Positions 13,413-23,580 of a stretch of 64,000 nt of DNA are shown piece by piece. The stretch's first letter is position 1. Each line of letters starts with the position of its first letter. This DNA comes from Laetmonice hystrix (taxonomy: Eukaryota): NCBI GenBank assembly GCA_965235115.1, contig OZ249445.1:14818001-14882000 (forward strand). Direction: 5' to 3'. Made by a program: the position numbers and the translations under genes. The notes under the pieces are model-generated. The model saw nothing but the letters and a program-made list of their open reading frames with translations, was not told where the DNA came from and made no database searches.

Positions 13413-13608
13413 GTACCTTCCCACAGTCGACACCGCCCGGTCGGTCACCACTGACCGCCTCCATGGACCTTGACAAGAGCGCCTGTCACCTGGCATGGTT
13501 CACAAGGCTTCAGTGGACCGCTGACCCAGCCGGACACACCACCCGTCTTGTACCAAATTGGCTAATCTCCCAGCCACCACTTGCTAATGCCTTTTTCCAT
13601 AGGCGAAA
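13413..13608 (-). pseudogene. Candidate exon of the unknown minus-strand gene, with an in-frame stop or frameshift
   Basis: ggccag| acceptor; EKGISKWWLGD*PIWYKTGGVSGWVSGPLKPCEPCQVTGALVKVHGGGQ with TAG at 13562-13564; donor |gtacag. Tentative. Confidence 0.3.
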
Positions 13609-14159
13609 CTGGCCAATTTCAGCCGTAATGGAGATTTATGTGGTGGTCGTATATTTGAAGTTTGGAGTTTTTGCAAGAAGCGAGCCTTTAGTACCCTGGG
13701 GTCAGTATACATGCCCCCAGCCGGGGAGATTGCCAACGGAAGAGGCGCTTATGTTGGCACAAACTCAATTTACATCTGTTCCTGAAAAGAGGAAAGAGGG
13801 GAAGGGAGAATAACATGTTGTGGTTTAGAAGGTTTCCAAGGTTTCTCTCTTGGCTTCAGAAATAGAGCTCAGATACAGGGACACAGCAACTCAGTAATAT
13901 GTGAACCCAGGTATTGACTTGATCCAGTCCTTCCACATGATAGAAGTGTTGTTTCCATGCAAACAATTTCTGATCGAGTGATTTTTGTTCTTTGTTAGAG
14001 CTTTATATTTCTAATAATCATTCATTCGTCAAAATGCTGTCAAATATTAGTACAATTCTTTTCTATTCTCCAGTTTTTGTTATTTGATGATTCTTCGTGA
14101 TTGCTAGGTCACCATACATCCCGAAAGTCTCATTTAATCGGTAAATTTATGCTGGTAAC

Positions 14160-14377
14160 CATGGTAACAACATGGAGTTATGTCTCCCTGGTGACCCAGC
14201 TTGTACATGTGAAGTTTTTTCAATGAAATCCTTCCTTTCTGGTTTCCGGTTCTCCAGATGTATTGGTAGAAGTCGGTGCTCTTGTCACCCACTCCAGATC
14301 TGTCGGCCGGCATTGCTATTGGTTGCCATGAAGACTTTGTCTCGGCGAGTCTCGTTGGTCGACCCAAGGAGAGGCTC
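14160..14377 (-). pseudogene. Candidate exon of the unknown minus-strand gene, with a 1-bp frameshift
   Basis: ccttag| acceptor is in phase 0 with the upstream exon. EPLLGSTNETRRDKVFMATNSNAGRQIWSG continues, after removing one G at about 14289, as DKSTDFYQYIWRTGNQKGRISLKKLHMYKLGHQGDITPCCYH. Alternatively a short exon ends at gg|gtgaca (14289). Confidence 0.4.
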
Positions 14378-15034
14378 CTAAGGCTGGAGTAAGAATGCAA
14401 TAATTGCTCATTTGGGCGAGAGATGCGTCCAATGACAAATGAACTGTCTCTGGACCTTGATATCTCACTCTGTGAGCCGGAGGAATTCAACACTCGATAA
14501 GGGAGATAACAGCACAACAGATAACCCCCCCCCCCGCCCCCGCTCCAAACCGACCAGATGAAAATCTGAAGATGTTTAGTTGGCGGAGGAGATGGCGGTT
14601 GTTTGCTGTATGGGGACCGCATCCTGAGCTGGTGATTCTTGGCATGCATGACAAGGACAGATGGAGGCTTGTTTAAAATGATTTCAGATTGAAGGAATAA
14701 GCTTACTTCTCGGAATGTCTCAAACTATTTTGTAAAGACGTATTGCAGTGACATTATAAGTGGGAATATTGAATGTTATATGTTTGTTTAATGTTCTGAA
14801 TGTTTGATCAAGATACCTAAAGTAGTAAAACACAAAGGATCCTAAGAAAAATCTGTCAAAGAGAAAAAAAAGTTCAAATTTATAGTTCTCGCCCTTTCTA
14901 TGTCATTTAGGTCAGATTTTGATTCCATTTCCATTTTACTTGTTAAATCCCAAACAAAACTGGGACCAGAAAATGCCGGAAAATTTACAGCAGCTGGGAG
15001 AACATTGAAAGCAGAACCTAACAAGAAGCAGAAC

Positions 15035-15227
15035 CTGATAAATATCTACCAGGGCGGTGCCCTTATGAGCAAAGACCGGCAGTCTTCTGATGTTTTCCAG
15101 GATTGGATAACGGAATACAGAATCCCTCCGTAGTCTCATCATAGCAGAACGGTAATTAGCTTCCGTTTCCATGGCAACAAAATCCAGGACACAGCGAAAT
15201 AATTTCTGATTGCTCATCCCATAGAAT
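15035..15227 (-). CDS. Internal exon, uncharacterised protein
   Basis: ctag| acceptor, 193 nt (1 nt + 64 codons), (R)FYGMSNQKLFRCVLDFVAMETEANYRSAMMRLRRDSVFRYPILENIRRLPVFAHKGTALVDIYQ, |gt donor. Phase matches exon 15449-15566. Confidence 0.6.
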
Positions 15228-15448
15228 CTAGCTAATGTGTATATATTATAGATGTGAGACAATAGCATCTACAGGTCTGCAGACACAGAACATGTATGGA
15301 GGTGGGAGTGGTTGCGAGTTCAGCGTCCGTTCACGCTCACCACGGTCTTACCACCCCCGCATCTCCTCCTACTGCCGGGTAGACGACATAATCAATGATG
15401 ATACTACACGTAATCCAAGTGTACCTTTCATAGATTGTCTCAACTCAC

Positions 15449-15566
15449 CTGTATGCCGGTACAGTGTCACGGCCCCACCCTATGTCGCCTTCTTGGCCGA
15501 GTCTGCTGTAGACATCAAAGTTGCCGTCTGGCGGGATAACGACTTGTAACCTCGGCTTTCTTAGAT
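15449..15566 (-). CDS. Internal exon, uncharacterised protein
   Basis: tactctcag| acceptor, LRKPRLQVVIPPDGNFDVYSRLGQEGDIGWGRDTVPAY, strong ag|gtgagt donor. Splices in frame across a 221-nt intron to give PAY-R-FYG. Confidence 0.65.
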
Positions 15567-15688
15567 CTGAGAGTACATTGGTCTTAATAGGCAGACCCAT
15601 GCAGGGCTTTCAAATTGTGTTTGAGTAGGCGAGGATTAGGCTAAAGGAGCAGATGACATCATGAAAAGATCATGTGAGATTTTTTTAC

Positions 15689-15758
15689 CAGCTGAGTTAA
15701 AGTAGCCGGCGCAGGTTGCCCTTGTAGACGGGGATCCCGCCGGCTTAATTTGAAATCC
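15689..15758 (-). CDS. Candidate small internal exon, uncharacterised protein
   Basis: GFQIKPAGSPSTRATCAGYFNSA with g|gtaaaa donor supplies the phase 0 to phase 1 link between exons 17762-17856 and 15449-15566. The acceptor is weak (alternative start 15743). Confidence 0.35.
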
Positions 15759-15796
15759 CTACCCATGAACTTCTCTCCACAGTTTGGTCTCCAGTT

Positions 15797-17684
15797 GACC
15801 GCAGTGTGGAACTCCCTGGTTGCCCACAGCGACCTCAGTGTGGATAGTCAGACCACAGGTTAACCTCAGTGACCTCACTGTGGATCTTCCAACCTCTGGT
15901 TGCCCTCAGTGACCTCAGTGTGGACTGTCAGATCCCGGGTTGCCCCCAGTGACCTCAGTGTGGACGGTCAGACCCCCGGTTGCCCCCAGTGACCTCAGTG
16001 TGGACTGTCAGACCCCCGGTCGCCCTCAGTGACCTCAGTGTGGACTGTCAGACCCCCGGTTGCCCTCCGTGACCTCAGTGTGGACTGTCAGACCCCCGGT
16101 TGCCCTCAGTGACCTCAGTGTGGACGGTCAGACCCCCGGTTGCCCTCAGTGACCGCAGTGTGGAACTTCCGACCCCTGGTTGCCCACAGCGACCTCAGTG
16201 TACCACTGGTTAACCTCAGTGACCTCACTGTGGATCTTCCAACCTCTGGTTGCCCTCAGTGACCTCAGTGGGGACTGTCAGACCCCCAGTTGCCCTCAGT
16301 GACCTCAGTGTGGACTGTCACACTCCCGGTTGCCCCCAGTGACCTCAGTGTGGACTGTCACACTCCCGGTTGCCCCCAGTGACCTCAGTGTGGACGGTCA
16401 GACCCCCGGTTGCCCTCAGTGACCTCAGTGTGGACGGTCAGAACCCTGGTTGCCCTCCGTGACCTCAGTGTGGACGGTCAGATCCCGGGTTGCCCTCAGT
16501 GACCTCAGTGTGGACGGTCAGACCCCGGGTTGCCCTCAGTGACCTCGGTGTGGGCTGTCACACCCCCGGTTGCCCCCAGTGACCTCAGTGTGGACGGTCA
16601 CACCCCCGGTTGCCCTCAGTGACCTCAGTGTGGACGGTCAGCCCCCTGGTTGCCCTCAGTGACCTCAGTGTGGACGGTCAGACCCCCGGTCGCCCTCAGT
16701 GACCTCAGTGTGGACGGTCAGACCCCTGGTTGCCCTCAGTGTGGACGGTCAGACCTCGGGTTGCCCTGAGTGACCTCAGTGTGGACGGTCAGACCCCCCC
16801 TGGCCCGCAGTGACCTCAGTGTGGACGGTCAGACCCCGGGTTGCACTCAGTGATCTCAGTGTGGACGGTCAGACCCCGGGTTGCCCTCAGCGACCTCAGT
16901 GTGGACGGTCAGACCCCGGGTTGCCCTCAGTGACCTCAGTGTGGACGGTCAGACCCCTGGTTGCCCTCAGTGACCTCAGTGTGGACGGTCAGACCCCTGG
17001 TTGCCCTCAGTGACCTCAGTGTGGACGGTCAGACCCCTGGTTGCCCTCAGTGTGGACGGTCAGACCTCGGATTGCCCTCAGCGACCTCAGTGTGGACGGT
17101 CAGACCCCGGGTTGCCCTCAGTGACCTCAGTGTGGACGGTCAGACCCCTGGTTGCCCTCAGTGACCTCAGTGTGGACGGTCAGACCCCTGGTTGCCCTCA
17201 GTGACCTCAGTGTGGACGGTCAGACCCCCGGTTGCCCTCAGTGACCTCAGTGTGGACGGTCAGACCCCCGGTTGCCCTCAGTGACCTCAGTGTGGACGGT
17301 CAGACCCCCGGTTGCCCTCAGTGACCTCAGTGTGGACGGTCAGACCCCCGGTCGCCCTCAGTGACCTCAGTGTGGACGGTCAGACCCCCGGTTGCCCTCA
17401 GTGACCTCAGTCTGGACGGTCAGACCCCCGGTTGCCCTCAGTGACCTCAGTGTGGACTGTCAGATTCCGGGTTGCCCTCAGTGTGGACTGTCAGACCCCC
17501 GGTTGCCCTCAGTGACCTCAGTGTGGACGGTCAGACCCCCGGTTGCCCTCAGTGACCTCAGTGTGGACGGTCAGACCCCCGGTTGCCCTCAGTGACCTCA
17601 GTGTGGACGGTCAGACCCCCGGTTGCCCTCAGTGACCTCAGTGTGGACGGTCAGACCCCCGGTTGCCCTCAGTGACCTCGGTGT
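15797..17684. repeat. 40-bp GC-rich minisatellite, about 47 copies
   Basis: Unit GGTTGCCCTCAGTGACCTCAGTGTGGACGGTCAGACCCCC; period 40 clear at 17221-17680, more divergent copies at the left end. Confidence 0.97.
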
Positions 17685-17761
17685 AACCGGTCACACCTTC
17701 CACCGCTCACTATTGACCTCTGTATATGTGGGTCACACCAGTGTTTGTTTACCACCGACAC

Positions 17762-17856
17762 CTCAGTGATTGGATGTACCAGATTTATTGGACCCAAAGA
17801 CCGGGGACCACTGAATGCATTCAACCAATCATAGCCAGATCTCGGCCCTAACCGGC
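17762..17856 (-). CDS. Candidate internal exon, uncharacterised protein
   Basis: caacag| acceptor, (G)RLGPRSGYDWLNAFSGPRSLGPINLVHPITE, gag|gtgtcg donor; 95 nt. Confidence 0.4.
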
Positions 17857-18547
17857 CTGTTGCGTGATGCGGGCAGACAGTATACTGGTGATGGCCTGTG
17901 TGACCTGTGCCGGTCCTGGATAATGGTGATAAATTCGGCAATAATTTCCTCTCTTCAAACTTTTCTCCTCAGTTTTGTGTTATTTCGACTGGTAATCCGT
18001 TATGTTAATATTACATTATTGCATCGCTTAAAAGAAGATCCTATCTGATTGTGGAAAGTTTAAAATGTTCGCCAATCAGAAATGTTGATCTGGCAGTGAT
18101 CCGTACCGTGCCGATTTGATCCACGTTATTCGAGGGAGGATGGTAAAGTTTGGTTGAGTGTAGAAAGATTGGATGCTGCTGATAGCGCCAGATATTATCT
18201 CACAACGGGTTGGTATTATTCGGTATTATTGCGGTATTATTACGGTAATTGGATACGGTGGAGAAGGACCTGGTTGTATGGCAGACCGCTACCTCCGACA
18301 GGGTGGGGTCACGTTAGAGGTGACAGCACCGGGGCTGGCACACAACGTTAGGGGGACGCGGGCGGCAGCAGTTCAATTATTGCCACTCTGAGACGGAATA
18401 ATTGGCAACCACTCGCCGGCACAGGCATTGTGTAATATCTTGTTTGGAGCCAGGATGAAATCACATGTCGCCCACGTGTAGATTGGCTGGGGAAAGGAAA
18501 GGATGCATGGGGAGAGATAAAATGAGATTCCTTGTTTCCTCTGCCAC

Positions 18548-18614
18548 CATTTTGTGATCTCAGGTCGTGAAATGAATAGTGATGAATAGGTTTTTGGAAC
18601 GTTAAGAAAGCCAT
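18548..18614 (-). CDS. Possible first coding exon of the unknown minus-strand gene
   Basis: ccaacATGG context, MAFLTFQKPIHHYSFHDLRSQN, weak g|gtggca donor in phase with the 17856 acceptor. Confidence 0.2.
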
Positions 18615-19060
18615 GTTGGCGATGTTTAGAAAATCTGAACTGTGCGAAGAAAATAATATCGACTAAACTGGTATATTGATGGTTATCGTGTCAGTATTGT
18701 TAGCCAATACAGTGAAAGGAATTACTGGGTTCAATTACAAACGTAATGCGTGCTAAACGAGGGAAACAGGCAATAAAAAAGAAACTTTCTGGGCTCTGGG
18801 TTAGTCTGCTTCTGCGATATAAGTCTCACGACTCGATCACAGAAGTGATGGGGAGTCCAGTTCCCTGGGTTAATATGGCACAAAATCTACAATTTGAAAA
18901 ATCTCTAACTTGAATTTGAAACATTCGTCGTCTTATGTTTATATTTTCTCCGACACAACGCTGGAGTAATGTCACAGGACGCTGTACTTCCCTCGGAAGA
19001 TTTCCCAGGACCTCTTTGTGTTATACCATGCAATATTTATTTTCTTTTAATAAAAAGTAG

Positions 19061-19245
19061 GTTAAGGTCATACGCTCCCTTACCTCATAACTTAATAACA
19101 TAATGAGATTTATTGCTAGTCTTTTAGCCAATGGTCAGAAATTTTTTCTTCTGCGGCTGCGCGGTGACCGCGCAGCCCCCTCCCACCTGATGACGTCACC
19201 ACCCGGCCCATTTGAGCTGGCTAGCTAGTCACATTTTGTCTGACC
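19061..19245 (+). repeat. DIRS left inverted terminal repeat
   Basis: 19079-19245 is the reverse complement of 24958-25125 apart from one substitution and one 1-bp indel. 19061-19078 is unique to the left end. Confidence 0.95.
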
Positions 19246-19584
19246 ACGGGTGTACCCACACGTGTTCGTCAGACTATTGCGGAGTTATAGCCTTTGGTCA
19301 GGCTTGGGTTTACCTTTTTCGTTACACAGAAACTGTGAGTATTTAAACCCTTGGTTCTTCTTACGATTTTCGCTCGCCAGCTTTTCCTGTCCGGAGAGTG
19401 TGGTTTTACGAGCGGTTTGCATTGTTCGTTTGTTGCATTTACCGATTCGCCACGTAATGTGGTTTGGTCTCGGTGCTACCGGTCACCGCTTGGTCTCAGC
19501 CTTTTGACTGTTGACCGGCGGTTGACGAAGCATCCATGAATTGAGTGACTGGTGTTTAATTTTGGTATGTTTTTACCGTCACAG

Positions 19585-21691
19585 ATGACCAGGTGTCAAC
19601 ATGAGTTGCTCTTATGGGACAACCATGACCGCTGCGTCAGGTGCCGGGAGTGTTCGTCTTTGGAGCCGTGCACGGCGCGTGGCTCTCCGTATTTTGAGTA
19701 AGCCGAGAAAACGACCACTGGCGGAGGACGACCGTCGGCGGTGTGAAGCGCTCGAGAGTTGGAGGCCAGACGGGGTCGCGGACCTCGGCTCTCCGTCTGA
19801 GTCGACGGCCGGGGCGGACTCGGTGACCGGGTCGTCAGTCCGGGGGGTCTCAGCCGGACCTGCCGTCGAGCTTAGGATGTGGTAGGACGACCTCCCCGGG
19901 GAAGTTGGCTTCGGGCGGCTAGGGGGCCGGTGTGGCTCAGGTCTCCTTTCGGCGAAGTGGAGACCTGGCTCGCTTTTACGATTGGTACGGGGTCGCACGC
20001 GGTTGACCGTCCAGGTAGACGGGATTCCGTGATGCCTAACTTGACCCAGACGTCGAACTGTCCGCCAGACAGGCAGGGGCAGGACGGCGTCTCGTAACCT
20101 TTCGGAGATTGAGACAGGGTCGCACATGGTTGACCGTCCAAGTAGACGGGATTCCGTGATGCCCAACTTGACCCAGACGTCGGACTGTCCGCCAGACAGG
20201 CAGGGGCAGGACGGCGTCTTGTCCAATCTAGTGGCCAGGGAGGCTGATGACCCGATGTTCGGGATGTCGGTCTCCCAGCCGGTGAACTGTCAGCCCAAGA
20301 GGCAGGGGCAGGGATCCGGCTTACCTGACGGCGGAGTGAGACTAGGCCACAGTCAGGGCGGTAGCGTTGCCCCCGGGCTTGATTTCTTTAGAGATCTCGA
20401 GCCCGTCGGCGGAGCCCTTCAAAGCGCGGGGGCGTCGAGCGTCCGGCGTGACGAGCCTGTGCGTGACGGCGCTCGCCTTCAGTTCTCACGGGAGAACTAC
20501 GACACCCTCGGCCACGATAACACGGGAGTCGGTTAGCCGGGACCCCTACCAGCGGCGTAGTAGGCCCTTTCAAGATGGGAGTGACTCGGTTGCTGATCTC
20601 TCCCCTCCCCGACTAGTTGCGGAGTCCGGCCCGGTTAGGTCTAGGTCTCCTCTACGTCGTCACCAGCCGTGGGATGGAGACTCCGTGCAGGAGCTTCCCT
20701 TGAGCTTTGCGGAGATGCGTAGCAAGGCATCCCGCCTCCTAGGAGAGCAGGTTTGCCCGCCTCGTCGGGATTCCCCCTGCTTAGCCATGCCAGCGGTGCC
20801 TGCCTTTCAGTTAGACTGGGGTTCGCCCCTGCCGGAGGTGGTGAATTTTCCGTTTGGAGCCAGTAATACACAGATTTGGGACGTCCTCTCGGCTTGGCTT
20901 AAAGGAGTTCCCGGTAAGCCTTCCACGTCGGGCTTGCCATGCCCACCGGTGGGAGCCCTGGATTCGACCCCTAGTGGTATGGGGACCGGGAATTTCTTCA
21001 AGTTTGACAAAGGAAAGACCCGGCCGAAGATTAAGTGGTTCCGTCCCCAGGACTTTTTGCTGCACTCGGGACCTCCAGCCGCCGGTCCCTTGCTAGATGG
21101 GGATGCTGTGGCTCTCAACATTTCGGAGCCTTCCAATATATCGGTTTTTCGTAACCTCTTAAGAGGATTTGACGATAGGGCACGAGCTACGACGGCCGCG
21201 GCGATTTCGGCCGAGTTTTTGTTAGCTGCGGCCCAGAAATCTCTACGCGCTAGGTCCCTTGCGGATGTGGAGGTTTTCTGTCTTCGTCTGTGATCGAGCT
21301 ACAGGTGCGAACTCAGGCAAATGTGATTTTGCTTCGGCGTGATGCGGCTTTAAAGTCTTCAGTCTTATCTGAAGCATTTCGCACTCTGTTACGCCAAACC
21401 CCCCTGCAGGCGGACTGGCTATTCGCGGGTCAGTTGGCAGAGGCTGCGACGCGCGAGAAGGCGGCTCGGGAGTTATGTCGCAGTCTTGAACCCCCAGCGG
21501 CTCTTTCTCGTTATGATCGCCAAGTTCTGCGCCGGCCGTTCCAGCCCTTTCGGCCGTTCTACCCCCAGAGTGGGCCGACTCTTAGACCGACGGAGTCTAG
21601 GTTCCGGGGGCGGGGACGGAGGCCCAGTCGGGGCCATCCCCAGTCACGGGGCCATCCCCAGTCACGGGGCCGGTGGCGCGGCCGTCCTTAG
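19585..21691 (+). pseudogene. DIRS ORF1 (gag-like), frameshifted
   Basis: N-terminal Cys/His cluster MTRCQHELLLWDNHDRCVRCRECSSLEPC. C-terminal LLRRDAALKSS..LRQTPLQADWLFAG resembles DIRS gag C-termini. Split across ORFs 20126-20536, 20367-21293 and 21290-21691. Confidence 0.75.
19990..20219. repeat. 103-bp direct repeat (period 127) inside DIRS ORF1
   Basis: gggtcgcac...ggacggcgtct at 19990-20092 and 20117-20219. Confidence 0.9.
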
Positions 21692-21793
21692 TGGCGCTCC
21701 CTCTCCAGGAGGTGGGGGGCGACGGGGGGGGGGGGCGACGGGGGATTCTTTCCTCTCGCCTCCCTTCTGTCGTCTCCTCTGCTCTCTCGGCCC

Positions 21794-23580
21794 GTGGGTC
21801 TGCTCCTTCGGCAGGCCCACGACGTGAGGGCGCGCGTTTTGGGTTGTTGCGATGTGTGGACCCTTTGCGTCCTCAGGGACGGTCTACGCATCGAGTTTGC
21901 GACCGTTCCGCCGCGTCTGTCGCCGGTAGTGAGGCCGTTCAGGCTGCCGCCTGGTTTAGTGCAACGCCGTGCGTTGCTGACGGAGGTCCGGTTCCTTCTA
22001 GACAAGGCGGCTGTGGTTCGAGTAGCGCCAGGGCAAGTAGCGCCGGGGTTCTTCTCCCCGATGTTTCTGGTGAGCAAGGCGTCGGGCGGCCTTCGTCCGG
22101 TCTTCAACCTGAAAGCTCTGAACACTCACCTCTACCGGGAAAAGTTTCAAATGGAGACGGTAGAGGGAGTGTCACATAGCTTGAGAGTGGGGGACTGGGC
22201 GGTGACCTTGGACTTCGAGGATGCATACCTTCATGTCCCCATCTTTCGCCCTCATCAACGGCACCACGGGTGTTCACGAAACTGGCGGCGCAGGTCGGAC
22301 ACTGGGCCCGGCAGAGAGGAATGCTCCTTCACCTGTACCTGGCCGACTGGTTGTTACGCAATCCAGATCGGAAGCTGTGGTGCGACCAGGCGGACGGGTT
22401 GCTCCGTACCTTGGCGGAGCTGGGGTGGAGGCTCAACCTTCCAAAGTGTTCCCTTCGACCGTCCCAACAGTTCGTTTATCTGGGATTCCGTTGGGACACG
22501 CTTTTGGGCCGAGTGTTTCTCACCGCCAGATGGCAGGAGAAACTGTGGGCTATTCTCCCGCGGTTTCTCAGTTTTACGGACGGCTTCGGCCCGTTTGTGG
22601 CTCCAGGTGTTGGGTTTGCTCAACTTGGGGTCACGGGCGGTGCCGTTGGGCAGGCTGCACCTTCGTCCGATGCAGTTCGCTTTGCTGAGTCAGTGGCAAC
22701 CGTTCAGAGATCCACTGGAAGCGCGTGTCTCGTTACCACCGAATCTAGGACTTTGGATCCGGTGGTGGACGGGACGGGAGGCACTCACGGAGGGCCGGCT
22801 GTTTGGACAGAGGGTGCCGACTGTCCATATGTTCACCGACGCGTCGTTGACGGGCTGGGGGGCCCATCTTCTAGACTGGGAGGCCCAGGGCACGTGGTCC
22901 CCAGAAGAGTTGGGGTATCACGTGAACGTCCTGGAACTGCTGGCCATTTTCAGGGGCCTGCAGCAGTTCACGGAACAGGTGACGGGGTCCGTACTGTTAA
23001 TTCTTTCAGACAGTGCGGTGGCGTTGGCTTACCTTCGCAAGGAGGGGGGCACGAGTTCGGCTCGTCTGTTCCGGCTGACGTGGGACATCCTGTGGTGGTG
23101 TCGCAACCACGAGGTGGACTTACAGCTAACCCACGTCCAAGAGAAGTCCAACCAATGGGCGGATTCGCTCTCGCGGGGGGCAAACTGCCACCGTCGGACT
23201 GGTCTCTACGGAGAGACGTAGTCCGGGGGATTTTTCAGGTTTGGGGGGAGCCACAGGTGGATCTGTTTGCCACTCGGGCCAATCATCAGCTCCCCCTTTA
23301 CGTGAGCCCCTTTCCGGATCCGTGCGCCATTGCTGTAGACGCACTGTCGATCCCTTGCTACGGAGGGTGTTAGCAAAGATCAGATCGGAGAAGGCCACCC
23401 TGATTCTCGTGGCCCCCTGGTGGACATCACAACCGTGGTTCCCCGATATAGGGGAGCTCCTACTGGATCGTCCCAGGGAGCTACCGGTTTCGGCGGACTT
23501 GCTGGAACAGAGGGGACAGTTTCACCCCGCCCCAGGACTGTACAGACTTCACGCATTTCTGTTGTCCGGGCACGATGCGA
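21794..23580 (+). pseudogene. DIRS ORF2: reverse transcriptase, RNase H and Dam-like methyltransferase domain, disrupted
   Basis: RT: FFSPMFLVSKASGGLRPVFNLKALN, DFEDAYLHVPI, YLADWL, VYLGFRWDT. RNase H: FTDASLTGWGAH, HVNVLELLAI, SDS, NQWADSLSR. MT: VDLFATRANHQLPLYVS, ILVAPWWTSQPWF. Several frameshifts and two internal deletions. Confidence 0.92.

Noticed and set aside
8990-14290. Repeated in-frame TGA codons as possible selenocysteine read-through
   Set aside because: TGA is expected in off-frames of GTG-A/CTG-A codon pairs, one stop is TAG, frameshifts give more protein-like sequence, and no SECIS was identified.
14150-15180. RFX X-box-like motifs (GTTTCCATGGCAAC, GGTAACCATGGTAAC)
   Set aside because: They fall inside or at the edge of candidate coding exons and can be explained by codons.
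15797-17684. Regular arrays as possible CRISPR loci
   Set aside because: Units are head-to-tail with no unique spacers, there are no cas genes, and the context is eukaryotic. The same applies to all other arrays.
19612-23398. Minus-strand ORFs inside the DIRS element
   Set aside because: Antisense shadows of GC-rich coding sequence; no motifs.
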